A stretch of 64,000 nucleotides of DNA from Heptranchias perlo (taxonomy: Eukaryota), in contig NC_090331.1 in assembly GCF_035084215.1 (NCBI RefSeq), positions 63,798,001 to 63,862,000 of the forward strand, given 5' to 3'. This document shows positions 13,774 to 26,433 of this stretch, piece by piece. The stretch's first letter is position 1; every line of letters starts with the position of its first letter. The notes beneath the pieces were generated by a model. That model did no database searches. It had not been told where the DNA came from and saw only the letters and a list, made by a program, of their open reading frames with translations. A program made the translations under genes and the position numbers.

Positions 13774-14161
13774 CTTGTCTAATGTGTCTCCAGGGGCTTC
13801 ATCCAATGTCTGTCCAAGGAGAAGAAAGTCAGAGACTCCACGAGCAACGGCCAGCAAACTGTGGCCACCAGAAACCAAGAGGACCAAGAAGGGAAATTCC
13901 ACGAAGTGTAGCATTCGAATAGTCAGTGCATGTGCTTCCATATGGTGAATAGGAATAAAGGGTTTCTTATATTGCTGTATTAGTTTTAAGCTGTACTCTA
14001 GACCCACTCCCAGGCTTAATGCAAGTCCTGGTTTTACTGTAGTTGCTATTGCTGTTAGTTCACAAGGAGAGACTCCACTGTTATCCACAGCTTCTTGCAC
14101 CACTCTTTCAATGTGTTCTTTGTGCAGCCTTTGAGCTACTGGTGGAATTATACCACCTGCC
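13774..14161 (-). CDS. OSGEPL1: OSGEPL1 coding exon 2
   Basis: TTTAG acceptor; GGIIPPVAQRLH, PGLALSL, metal-binding IHHMEAH, LLVSGGH, TLDEAPGDTLDK; donor AAG|GTATGT. Confidence 0.96.
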
Positions 14162-15110
14162 CTAAAGCAAAAACAAAATACAGCTAACAAAATCCAAAAA
14201 CTATTTTTGATTTATAAATTAATAATATCAAAAAAAAATCTTTCTTTTCAGTGAAGCATCTAGGACTAGCCAATTAACAATGTTATTTATTTAAGTTACC
14301 ATTTAGAAACAGGGATTTAGCAGTTGAGCACTTGAATTCAAATCTATCATAAGTTTGAGTCACCTGCTGCAGTTTTCATGCAGCTCCAAAAAAGGATAAG
14401 TAATTTACATCTCAGCAAAGATAAATCTGCTTTGCATTAAAAATCACTTATCATCATGGAACAATCAGAAGGAAATCTGTGTTCCAGACTGTCCCAGCTA
14501 AAGGATGGACAATATTGAGCGGCAAGGGAGAAGTGAAATTATTCCCTTTTGATCATCACAAGTTATCATTTTCATCTTTTTAGTTTCCGAGCCAGAGAAC
14601 AAAATCAGGATTTTTAAAAAGTTTATCCACATAAACTTATTTTAACAAGCATTTATTGTGTATACATTGTCTAAGTTATCCTTAAAGCAATCAGAAATTG
14701 ACATTCATTTGCAACTCTGGAATAAATATTGTGACCAAACGGAATAGGGAATTATTATAAGGTAATAGCCACAGGAGTGAGTACAAGTGAAATGGTGATT
14801 CAATCCTGGTATTTATTTTTAAAACCAAAGTTATTCGTATTGGCTCATATTTTAAAACAAATTAGAATTGGTTTATTTAAAGTCAAAGTGACCAAAATGT
14901 TGATAATGAGGTAGGTGCCCATCAACAAAAACATGACGTGAGATTGTCAGCGATTACAATAGGAACAAACATGGTATAAATTATTAAATCTGAAACTAAT
15001 TGAGGGATTAATGTATTGAATGTCACTTAAAGAAATGTATCTTTTTTTCCCCCCAAATATAAGCTTCACTTGTAATTACTGGTGGAAGCTTTTACATTAG
15101 GAATACCTAC

Positions 15111-15304
15111 TTGAGATGAGTTTCTTTCTGCGAATACAGGGCTTCTCCTAAGATCCGGCCCGTCTCGTCCACCACGGCCGCGCCAGTGTCATCGCAGCTG
15201 CTTTCGATGCCCAGCACCACTCTGGGTTCGCACCGCGGCTGCGCGACAAGCCCGCGGGCGGCCACCCCACTCAGGGCTCGGAAGCGCAGGCAATGTGTTA
15301 CCAT
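15111..15304 (-). CDS. OSGEPL1: OSGEPL1 coding exon 1 (mitochondrial tRNA t6A37 threonylcarbamoyltransferase, Kae1/Qri7/TsaD family)
   Basis: Kozak GTCGCCATGG; Arg-rich presequence-like N-terminus then VLGIESSCDDTGAAVV; donor AA|GTAGGT. Confidence 0.95.
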
Positions 15305-15700
15305 GGCGACCCGGCCCGGCCCGGCCCTCTGTCACGAACCAAAGAGAAGCAGCAGCAACAACGCTCAAAGTAAGTAAACGCAGCCCGGGCTATGCCGGTA
15401 CACCCGCAGCTCCCACTGATTTACACCATGCACTACTTTAATTTGAACACCGTCAAAAACCAAAACAGATGAACAACAGGGCGGTAGAAACAGACCCCGA
15501 CCCTCTTAAACTGAGATTTCCGGGAGTGAGACTGGGCCTTCTGTGTCACGTGTCGGTGTTCCCCCAGCTCCACCAGGAGCGCAATTTCAATTCCGGCATT
15601 TGAAACGTTCCGCCTCGCATTTAAATTGTTGTCCGCAATTTCGAACCACCTTTTGTCACCTTTGCTCAAACGGCCGTCCGAATATCTCCAATGGCGAATA
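15150..15700 (-). promoter_or_regulatory. CpG-rich promoter/first-exon region of OSGEPL1, with E-box GTCACGTG at 15545-15552
   Basis: Local CpG enrichment against a CpG-poor background, spanning the start codon. Confidence 0.65.
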
Positions 15701-16877
15701 TTTAAACCGTAGAATTTGATAATTATACTGGATTATGTAGGTTGTTTATTAATTCATTAACGCCTGTTTTCTGATTTAAAAGGTTTAATAATTAAAGGTA
15801 TCCAAGATGGTATTGGTTACATTGAGTCCACTATGATGCGTTTGGTGATGTTAGTGAACAATTTCAAATAAATAAACTGTTTAGAAAAATTGTTAGTACA
15901 AACGAAAAGGAAGCTGATCACAGCCAATTTGCCCCAGTGTTTTCTTGCCTTGCAAATAATGCAGCCCTTAAATAAGCTTTGATAAGGTTTTTCTATCCAG
16001 GAGTTTCTTATTTGCATTCCATGTGTATTTTGTTAATAAAAACGCTCACAGCATACTTTAAAATAAGATTATTTTTGCAGGAAAATAAATATACAACAGA
16101 AAATGTACACCTGAATTAATATAAATTGAATCTAGCTAAGGAACTGGTAGAGCAAGATGTTTTGCACAAGCTGATGATTGATGTTTCTTGCAGTCTTTTA
16201 ATTCTTCCAACTCATATGCATGTACTTTAGACAAAAGAATCAAAAGACTGCGAGGAACGTGGATTATCAGCTTGTCTTAAACAGTTTTCTCTACCTGTTC
16301 CTTAGCCTGATTCAATTTGCATTGATTGTTTGGGTAATTCTAAGAATTAGAGTGGGATGGATGGAATTGCTCAAATATACCTAAAATTTTGGTTACAAAT
16401 ACTTTGTGAGATTAAAATAAAGAATACCTCTGAATATATCAGCGTCTTTAATAGAGGCATGGTTTTTGGAATGGGAGAAGAGGATCACATTCGCCTGGAT
16501 TAGGGAAATGTTAGATGTGGTTTTCTAAATTGACTAGTCTATTTTCTAACATATTAAAATGAGCAATTATGAGTCTCTAAACCATGCGACATGTCAACAC
16601 ACACTGTTCAATGCATTTACAAAAGACCACAGCCTTTCTCCAAGTGTTAGAAACATTGGTCCGGTATTTACTGTAAGTGGCGAAAGAACGTTGTCTGCCG
16701 TTCGTCAGACTTGCCCTTGGCCATATACTTTCCATAAGCTTTTGCACTGGTAGTTGCTGTAAATTGGAGATCTAAACAGAGGTGCCCTCTACAGGGCTTC
16801 TGGGACCTATGTGAACAGGCCATGCAACTGTGTATCTTCTTAACCAATGAGATTGAAGAATCGTTAATGAGTAGCTC

Positions 16878-19009
16878 GCCGCCGCGGAGTGTCTGATTAA
16901 GGTTAACGGATCCTTGACGGCGCCCCTTCGCTTCGGGAGAGGAGTGCGTCAGGGGTGCCCCATGTCCTGCCAATTATATACCATCTGCGTAGAGCCTTTC
17001 CTGCGCCTCTTGCGAAAGAGGCTGTCGGGACTGGCTCTGCGCGAGCCGGGCGTGGAGGTCGTCCTTTCGGCTTACGCCGACGACGTGCTCCTCATGGTCA
17101 CCGATCCCCTTGACTTGCGGAGAATGCGCGAGTGCCAAGAGGTCTACTCTGCCGCGTCCTCCGCAAGAATCAACTGGGAGAAATGTTCCGGACTCCTGGT
17201 GGGTCAGTGGCGGGTGGACTCCATGCCGGAGGAGCTCAGGGCTTTCGCCTGGAGTACCACGCACCTCCGGTACCTGGGAGTCTACCTCAGCCCTGCCGAG
17301 GAAGCCTGGCCGGCGAACTGGGTAGAGCTGGAGGCCAAAGTCACCGCTCGCCTGGCACGCTGGACAGGACTGCTCCGAGTGTTATCCTACAGGGGTCGAG
17401 TGCTGGTCATAAACCAGCTGGTGGCCGCCATGTTGTGGTACCGGTTGGTTCCTTTGACCCCCCCTTGATTTTGTCGCCAAGATTCAGAGGAAGTTCGTCG
17501 ATTTCTTCTGGGCCAAAGGGATGCACTGGGTCGCTGCCGCGGTCCTGAGTCTCCCGCTTAGGGAGGGCGGTCAGGGGCTGGTGTGCGTCCGCACCCAGGT
17601 GGCAACTTTCCGCCTTCGGACGCTGCAGCGATACCTGTACGCGGAGCGTCCTCTTAGATGGCGTGCGCTGGCGACGTATTTTTTCCGCCAGCTGCACGGC
17701 CTGAACTACGACACGCAGCTCCTGTTCGTCTCGCTGTTGGGCAGCCGCACGTCTTTGCAGGAGCTGCCTGTCTTGTACCAGGATCTGCTCAGGGTCTGGA
17801 CCATGGTCGCCTCCAGCCGGAGCTCTCGCCCGTCGGGGGTAGCGGCCGTCCTGCAGGAGCCGCTGCTCGGGAATCCGTTCCTCCGCGATGTCGGCTTCGG
17901 CCGCTCGTGGCTGACGGAGCGGAGGGCTGTGGCCGGTCGGGTGACCAGAGTCAGGGACGTCCTGGATGGCGGAGGGTCGGGTTGGCTCGAGCCGTGGGCG
18001 CTCGCCGCTCGCATGTCCTCGTGGCGTGCCGGGGACGCGGCCACCGCCATCCAGGCGTTGAAATCGGCGCTCGGCCCTGACTCCACTCGGGGTGTGGAGG
18101 CGGCTCAAGCGTGCGGAGCCATCCCGTCCGACCTGACCCCCGTTCGGACGGAATTCCTCCTCGGCGCCAAACCCCGGAACCTCCCTCGGAGGGCCGCGCC
18201 TCACAACTTGAGCCGTCTCTCGGAAATTCCCTCCGTGCCGTTTCACACCGCGCGGAGGGATTTCCTGTACGGGCTGCTCCTGCACACCATCCACTTCCTC
18301 GCCCTCGTCTCTCGCCCGGACACGCCCTGGCGTGCCATCCTGCTGTCCGGCGGAGACGGGGGTCCCCAGTGGGAGGCTCTCTATACAGGGGTCCTCCCGT
18401 GTTACTTTGGGGATCTGGGATGGAGGGTGTTGCACGGAGCAGTCCCGTGCAACAGGCGTTTACGCCATTTTACGGACACCCAGGCCGCTTGCATTTTCTG
18501 CGGCCTGGAGGAGTCCGTTTTTCATTTGTACACTGGGTGTGCGAGACTGCAGCCCCTGTTCCATTATTTGGAGGGGCTGCTCCTCAAGTTCTGGCTGCAC
18601 TTTAGTCCCACGCTCCTGATCTTTGGCCGCCCGGTGAGGAGGGGGGCGGGCAGGTCAGTGGACGTCCTCGTGGGCCTGCTCCTGGGCCTGTCCAAGGTGG
18701 CTATCCACAGGTCCAGGATGCTCGCAGTCCGTGGGGGCGAGCGCTCGGCCTGTCTGCCTCTCTTTCGCGGGTTGCTCCGCGCCCGGGTGGCCCTGGAGAT
18801 GGAGCACGCGGTGTCTGCCGGTACGCTTGAGGCATTCCGCGACTGGTGGGCACCGCAGGGGCTGGAGTGCATCCTGAACGAGGATAATAAAATTTTGATT
18901 TGAACTCTTGGTTTTGGTTTGTTTGGTTTTTAGTTGTTAAGCACACCCCACACCCCCCCTTCTTATAAAAGGGGGGCCTAATTAAAAAAAGAAAAGAGAA
19001 AAAAAAAAA
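16878..19009 (+). mobile_element. Tx1/L1-clade non-LTR retrotransposon, 5'-truncated, young and GC-rich
   Basis: GVRQGCPMS, YADD, YLGV, then CIFCGLEESVFHLYTGC zinc knuckle; one frameshift at the C-run near 17460; 3' stem-loop CCCCCCTT...AAGGGGGG and A-rich tail. Confidence 0.9.
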
Positions 19010-19331
19010 TCAGGAAGTGTAAATTAGAATAGTGAATTCAATGTCAAATCAGGTACAGAAAGTGAAATAAAGAGAGGGAAAGACAGATTGGATTAAGAGA
19101 GAGAGAAAACAGAGACAGAAAGAAAAATTATTTTAAAAATTATTTAAATTTTTAAAAAATCACCAACAACAATTAAAAGCTGAAGGAATGGGACTGAACA
19201 CTTGTAAGCGTAAATTTTCAGTGCCAGAGAGGTTGTTTGGCAGTAATTAAGATTTATCATGCCATTAAGAAGGGTATTTAGACTGGAATGGACAAGCCCT
19301 AACTTTCTGTGGCAAGTTTAGTTCGTATCTA

Positions 19332-19550
19332 AGAAAGGAAGACTTGTATTTGTATAGCACTTTCACGACCTCAGGACTTCCAAAAGCGCTTTACAGCCAA
19401 TGAAGTACTTTTGAAGTGTAGTCACTGTTGCAATGTAGGAAAGGTGGCAGCCAATTTGGGCACAGCAAGCTTTCACAAACAGCAATTTGATAATGACCAG
19501 ATAATCTGTTTTTAGTGATGTGGGTTGAGGGATAAATATTGGCCAGGACA
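19332..19550 (-). mobile_element. 3' fragment of the same SINE, nested in a DNA element
   Basis: Matches 61036-61254. Confidence 0.7.
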
Positions 19551-21391
19551 CAATATACCCCGCAAATACAGGAAATTCACACTGTACAATGCACGTGAAT
19601 AGTGTGTCAGACAGCGAGATTCAGTTTTCGGGAAGCTAACAGCAGAGCAGCACATCTCAGACAGCAACTTCCGGATTTTCACATCTAACCTCCCATCTGC
19701 CCTCGACTGAAGTTGCTGTATGATTTGCGCCATTAGCCTCACCATTATTTTGACAGTAAATTCTGGCCCAAGGTTTGAAATATAAATCCAATGAAAATTG
19801 GCCAACCATCTGAATCAGTGCATCAATGACACTAGATACTTTTAAAATCGCAATAACTTGCAGATTGTTGTGTACACCCAACACCAGACAGATCCTATTT
19901 TCATATGTTACAAATTTTATTTTTCAGGATGTATAGATATTGAAAGAACATAGATTTGTTTTCAGGCATATGATCTGTATTCCAATTCAGGCTTCTTCCT
20001 AACACTTTCACTCAGCAATCACAATTGAGGCTCATATGAACCAAATTCTATCCTCTTTTGCATGCCATGAGTGTGATAGTATGCCATGAGACTAACAATT
20101 ACTCCTTAGCCACAGTATAGCAGATCAGAGACCATGTGGATGCCCACCATGTGTTTCAGTCTATTCTGAAAGGTGATAATAGCACAACATCAGGCCAATG
20201 TTTATGGCTAAAACGACTAGAAAAATTTGTAAGATTACATACAGAAGCAGAAAGAGATGGAAAAATACTAAAAGCACAAGAACAATGATAATGCAGATTC
20301 TTTGTAATTCTCTTCAGCAGCTCCTAAGTCTCTGATAGATAGTATGAAGCAGGAAACTGGAGTCCACAAGACTGTTCCTCAATTACATCTCTGTCTTTAC
20401 TTTGATGTTAAAATGGGCCCATTAGCTAATCAAATTATTTCTTCTCAATGGTTGGGTAATTAAGGTGTTAACCAATTTTAACACTTAAGTAGATAAGGTG
20501 TGAATTGTAGTTTCCTGGTAATCTGATGGTCCAGTTACTTTTGACACATGATAGCAATTAAAACCATGATCTTCCATCTGATGTGCATAAGCTGGTACAG
20601 ATATGGCACAGTCCAGCACACTACAAAGAATAGCAGTAGAGCTACACACTGGGTAAGTCATTCTCAAAGATGTTACTTCTGGTTTCAAAACAAAATCATA
20701 CCTTGGACACCTGATTAAAAATCAGAGTTTTCCATGTTGTACCTTTAATTTAGGAACAAGATATATTCATGTAACCTTTTAATAGTCCCTCTAAAGAAGC
20801 TTGATAAGCTTTTTGTCTTCTTCTATCATTCTGTTTATATGAAATCCTATGGTTTGGAACTTAGCCTACTTAAGCCAACAGTCACAGTGAGGGATTAGGC
20901 TCCTTTTGCAGGCCTACGTGTCAATTCACATAACACTGGCAGGAAACACAATATCATCGCACAACTCATGCTCACATATTGGCACACTTTTATCATTAGC
21001 AGTGCAGGGGCATGCAGCTATATTTGACTGGAAACCTTGCCATGTGTAACCCAACCTACTTCAATGCGAAATGCTATAATCAAAATGTTATTTTTGGGGG
21101 TGGGGGAGGAGTTGGCTCATTATCAAAGCCTTGCCTGATTCAACAGTGGAAAACTAAACAGTCCAGCAAATGGTATACTTTTGCTGTAATTCTCATTTTG
21201 ATAAATTCTGTGCCGCTGAGGATGGTATTCCTAGTATTATGTAACAATGTGCTCAGCCATTTCATTGTTTACTATATTGGGAGTAATGGCGACCTAAGTA
21301 AAATGTGAGCTACTATAAATATACTCCGAGTAGCCAATTTGACAGGTGGACTGAAGTAATTTGAGTTGCTTCAGTACACAACAGTTATTCC

Positions 21392-21595
21392 GGGATGTGT
21401 CCAATACACTTTAGATCTGTGAGAATCTTTCCAGTATACTATAGCCATTTGGGATGTTTTCCAGCACAATGTAGCCATTTGAAAGTCGACCTAGGCCATT
21501 ACAGCAATTCAGGAGTTTTTCCAGTACATTGCTGTTATTTGGGAGTTTCTGCTGTGCACTACAGTTAATTGACAGTCTCCAGTATATTCCATTTG
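21392..21595. repeat. Degenerate 30-bp tandem repeat, about 7 units
   Basis: Units in register at 21421, 21451, 21481, 21511 and 21541 (G.GA.TTTTCCAG.A.A.T.TAGCCATTT-like). Confidence 0.65.
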
Positions 21596-21892
21596 ACTGC
21601 TTGTTTATGTTGCATTGAAGCACTAACCCTCTAGTCCATTCTACTACCTGGATATCATTTTATTTACAGATTTTAAAAATTAATATGTAGCAGTGAAAAT
21701 TTAGGAGAAAAGTAATTAAAAACATGAATTACTTCCAGAGTAACAGTCATTTTGCTCCATTAAGGCTACAATTTTATGAGCAGACTGTAACTTTACATTT
21801 TCAACCAACTACCTGTAGATCCTAATTCTAAGGTAACACGATTTCAAACTGTAAAAGTGCTACACATTCTCAGCAGTAATACCACAGTTTTC

Positions 21893-22125
21893 CCCCTGCC
21901 TCTCTTCCACGGCTTTGTCTGCACCCAGGTGGCCCTGGAGAAGCACACAGTGTGTGTCCATCAGCTGTACTGCTGTCCTTTGTAGTGCGCTGGACCGGTG
22001 AGCACCTCTGGCTGGAGTGCTTGGTCGATACAGGAAATGCGTTATTATTTAATTTGATAAGTTTCCTTTGTCTTTTGTATAATCTGGGTGATTTTAGTTG
22101 TGCCTCTCTGAAAAGGGAGCACTTT
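21893..22125 (+). mobile_element. Old 3' fragment of a related Tx1-like element
   Basis: TGCCTCTCTTCC...GGTGGCCCTGGAGA...GCTGGAGTGC matches 18756-18870; terminal stem-loop GTGCCTCTCT..AGGGAGCAC. Confidence 0.6.
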
Positions 22126-22689
22126 TGTTAAGATTTTTTAGTTGATGACACTGGGGCAACCCAGTTGTCTCCTTATAGTTTCCCCTGCCTCCATTGCTGT
22201 TGAATACTGAATGGCATCTCCTTCAGCCTGCAAAGCACTGCCAGCCAACGAGAGCAGATTCTACTTTTAAAAATGCCATTATGAAGATAGGCTTCTGGGT
22301 GCCAACTTTCAGTGTTAAATGTACCTTATGATTCATAAGGACACAGAGCTGGGGATGAAAAGAGCACGATTAAGCTAAATTGAAGTTTAAAAGTTATTAC
22401 ATTTTAATGAGTTTGGAATGAGACTGTTGGGATTAGCGTTAAAATGTCGACATCAGGCGAGTAAAGACATCGTGAGCCTGTCGGAAAGCCATTTTACTTT
22501 ACACTTTGGGTACCGTACGTCATGAATAGCATGCAGCCCAACAAATTTGGTCATATGTTACATATTGGACATTTAGGGGTTGAGAGGTTTAAATTTTAAA
22601 ACTTTTAGATGTGGTTAGCTCACTTTGGTGTCCATCATTTCAGCTGTCCACAGAAATATGTTTCCCTTTGGATTTGTAGTGCAAAAAAC

Positions 22690-25600
22690 AATAACTATCA
22701 AGAGGGGGAGAAAGGTTAGGGGAGCAGACAGGCATTTCTGCAGCCGCAGAAATGATTCCAGGATGGTATGTTGCCTCCCTGGTGCCAGGGTCAAAGATGT
22801 TACTAAGCGGCTGCAGAACATTCTTGGGGGGAGGGTGAACAGCCAGAGGTCGTGGTCCATATTGGTACCAACAACATGGGTAGAAAGAGAGATGAGGTCC
22901 TGCAGGCAGATTTTAAGGAGTTAGGAAAGAGATTAAGAAGCAGGACTTCAAAGGTAGTAATCTCCGGATTACTCCCGGTGCCACGCGCTCGTGAGCATAG
23001 AAATAGGAGGATAGAGCAGGTGACTGCGTGGCTGGAGAGATGGTGCAGGAGGGAGGGCTTTAGATTCCTGGGGAAGGTGGGACCTGTACAGATCTGACCT
23101 GGGTAAATTGGAATCAAAGATTGGCAGGCAAAACTGAACAGTGAGCGGCCTTTAAAGAAGAGATGGTTTGGGTACAGTCTAAGCACATTCCCACGAGGCA
23201 GAAAGGTAGGGCAACTAAAGCCAGAGCTTCCTGGATGACACAAGAGGTAGTGAGTAAGATGAAACAGAAAAAAGGGGCGTGTGACAGATGTCAGGTTGAT
23301 AACACAAGTGAAAACCAGGTAGAATATAGAAAGTTCAGAGGGGAAGTAAAGAAGAAAATAAGAGGGGCAAAGAGAGATTATGAGATTAGACTGGCGGCAA
23401 ACATAAAAGGGAATCCAAAAATCTTCTACAGGCATATAAATAGTAAACGGGTAGAAAGAGGAGGGGTGGAGCTGATTAGGGACCATAAAGGAGAACTACT
23501 CCGAGGTACTAAATGAGTACTTTGCATCTGTCTTTACCAAGAAGTCGCTGCCAGAGTCTCAGTAAAGGAAGATATAGTTGAGATACTGGATGGGCTAAAA
23601 ATGGGAAAAGAGGTACTTGAAAGGCTAGCTGTACTTAAAGTAGATAAGTCACCCGGTTTGGATGGCATGCATCCTAGGTTGCTGAGGGAAGTAAGGGTGG
23701 GAATTGCGGAGGTACTGGCCATAATCTTCCAAACATCTTTAGATACGGGGATGGTGCCAGAGGACTGGAGAATTGCAAATGCTACACCCTTGTTCAATAA
23801 AGGGTGTAAGGCTAAACCCAGCAACTATAGGCCAGTCAGTTTAACCTCAATGGTGGGGAAACTTTTAGAAATGATAATCTGGGACAGAATTAAGTCACTT
23901 GGATGTGTGTGGATTGATCAGGGAAAGCCAGCACTGATTTGTTGAAGGCAAATCGTGTTTAACTAATCTGATAAAGTTTTTTGATGAGGTAACAGAGAGG
24001 GTAGATGAGGGCAATGCAGTTGATCTGGTGTATATGGATTTTCAACAGGCGTTTGATAAAGTGCTGCACGGTAGGCTTATCATCAAGATTGTGGCCCATG
24101 GAATAAAGGGGGCAGTAGCAACACGGATACAGAATTGACTAAGGGACAGGAAACAGAGAGTAGTGGTGAACGGTTGTTTTTTGGACTGGAGGGAGGTGTA
24201 CAGTGGTGTTCCCCAGGGGTCGGTGCTGGGACCACTGCTTTTCTTGAGATATATATTAATGACTTGGACATTGGGTATACAGGGCACAATTTCAAAATTT
24301 GCAGATGACACAAAGGGTGGTAAACAGCGAGGAGGATGGTGATAGATTTCAAGAGGATATAGACAGGCTGGTGGCATGGGCGGACACATGGCAAATTAAA
24401 TTTAACACGGAAAAATGCAAAGTGATACATTTTGGTAGGAAGAACGAGAAGAGGTAATATAAACTAGAGGGCACAATTCTAAGAGGTACAGGAACAGAGA
24501 GATCTGGGGGTATATGTGCACAAATAGTTGAAGGTGGCAGGTTGAGAAAGCGGTTAAAAAAGTATACGGGATCCTGGGCTTTATAAATAGAGGCATAGAG
24601 TACAAAAGTATGGAAGTCATGATGAACCTTTATAAAACACTGGTTTGGCCACAACTGGAGTATTGTGTCCAGTTCTGGGCACCTCATTTTTAGGAAAGAT
24701 GTGAAGGCCTTAGAGAAGGTGCAGAAGAGATTTACTAGAATGATTCCAGGGATGAGGGACTTTAGTTATGTGGATAGACTGGAGAAGCTTTTTTATAATT
24801 CGTTCATGGGATGTGGGCATCGCTAACAAGGCCAGCATTTATTGCCCATCCCTAATTGCCCTTGAGAAGATGGTGGTGAGCCGCCTTCTTGAACCGCTGC
24901 AGTCCGTGTGGTGAAGGTTCTCCCACAGTGCTGTTAGGTAGGGAGTTCCAGGATTTTGACCCAGTGGCAATGAAGGAATGGCGATATATTTCCAAGTCAG
25001 GATGGTGTGTGACTTGGAGGGGAACGTGCAGGTGATGTTGTTCCCATGTGCCTGCTGCCCTTGTTCTTCTAGGTGGTAGAGGTCATGGATTTGGGAGGTG
25101 CTGTCGAAGAAGCCTTGGCAAGTCGCTGAAGTGCATCCTGTGGATGGTACACACTGCAGTCACGGTGCGCCGGTGGTGAAGAGAGTGAATGTTAGGGTGG
25201 TGGATGGCGTACCAATCAAGCGGGCTGCTTTGTCCTGGATGGTGTCGAGCTTCGAGTGTTGTTGGAGCTGCACTCATCCAGGCAAGTGGAGACTATTCCA
25301 TCACACTCCTGACTTGTGCCTTGTCGATGGTGGAAAGGCTTTGGGGAGTCAGGTGAGTCACTTGCCGCAGAATACCCAGCCTCTGACCTACTCTTGTAGC
25401 CACAGTATTTATATGACTGGTCCAGTTAAGTTTCTGGTCAATGGTGAACCCCAGGATGTTGATGGTGGGGGGGATTTGGCGATGGTAATGCCGTTGAATG
25501 TCAAGGGGAGGTAGTTAGACTCTCTCTTGTTGGAGATGGTCATTGCCTGGCACTTGTCTGGCGCGAATGTCCAGGCCAAGCCTGGATATTGTCCAGGTCT

Positions 25601-26050
25601 TGCTGCATGCAGGCACGGACTGCTTCATTATCTGAGGGGTTGTTGTCCTTGGAACAGAGACGGTTGAGAGGAGATTTGATAGGTATTCAAAATTATGAAG
25701 GGTCTAGACAGAGTAGAACAGAAACTGTTCCCATTGGCAGAAGGGTCAAGAATCAGAGGACATAGATTTAAGGTGATTAGCAAAAGAACTAAAGGTGATA
25801 TGAGGAAAAACATTTTTAGACAGCAAGTGGTTAGGATCTTGAATGCACTGCCCGAGGGAGTGGTGGAGGCAGATTCAATCATGGCCTTCAAAAGGAAACT
25901 GGATAAGTACTTGAAAGGAACAAAATTTGCAGGGCTACGGGGATAGGGCGGGGGAGTGGGACTAGCTGGATTGCTCTTGCATAGAGCCAGTCCGTACTCG
26001 ATGGGCCGAAAGGCCTCCTTTTGTGTTGTAACCTTTCTATGATTCTATAA
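22690..26050 (+). mobile_element. CR1 LINE with ORF1 esterase remnant, internal deletion, ORF2 RT and 3' end
   Basis: MVCCLPGARVKDV and VHIGTNN (SGNH esterase-like ORF1p); RT motifs; ends TTCTATGATTCTAT. Confidence 0.88.
24789..25642 (-). mobile_element. Same LINE family as 11450-12628, inserted antisense into a CR1
   Basis: Reverse complement of about 11760-12628; host CR1 resumes at GGGGTTGTT. Confidence 0.85.
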
Positions 26051-26149
26051 CTGAGTTTCCAAAATGAACAAATAAGTGAATATCACACCTTGTACCTGAG
26101 GCGACCTGATCTCTGGATGCAGACGGTACTGTTGGGGAGGGGGTCAGGT

Positions 26150-26373
26150 AGTGTTGGTACACCGGAAGTGGCGGATGAAGAGGCCGGCGGGTGCTGTTTT
26201 AGGGACGGACTCATTAATACATCACCGTTTCTTTGGCCGTCACATCCGGGCGGTGAGAGCGGCGGCTTCACTCGGCGCTGGGCCTCGGCCGGCGGGTCCC
26301 AGCTGCAGCGAGAAGGGCTGAGAGACCGAGGCCGGGTTTAACCTCGCGGGAAGCGGCACTTGGAAAGGAAGAG
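26150..26373 (+). promoter_or_regulatory. ADAT3: Probable ADAT3 CpG promoter and non-coding exon 1
   Basis: CpG-rich; ETS motif CCGGAAGT at 26162-26169; strong donor GAG|GTGAGT after 26373; acceptor at 29800 precedes the CDS. Confidence 0.65.
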
Positions 26374-26433
26374 GTGAGTTGGGATCTACCCGAATCCCGC
26401 TGGTGTGGCTGGAGACCCCGCGCTCCTCCGGTG

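Larger units (their letters stand above)
16658..19769. mobile_element. Non-autonomous TIR DNA element hosting the Tx1-like LINE and a SINE
   Basis: GGTCCGGTATTTACTGTAA versus reverse complement of right end GGGCCAGAATTTACTGTCA (15/19). Confidence 0.5.

Noticed and set aside
16850-16880. TSD or 5' inversion for the Tx1-like insertion
   Set aside because: Only a 4-nt AATC match with the 3' flank; too short to support.
17407-18946. 342-aa and other antisense or alternate-frame ORFs over the Tx1-like element
   Set aside because: Shadow ORFs expected in GC-rich coding DNA.
21392-21595. CRISPR-like array
   Set aside because: Contiguous degenerate units with no unique spacers; eukaryotic context; no cas genes.
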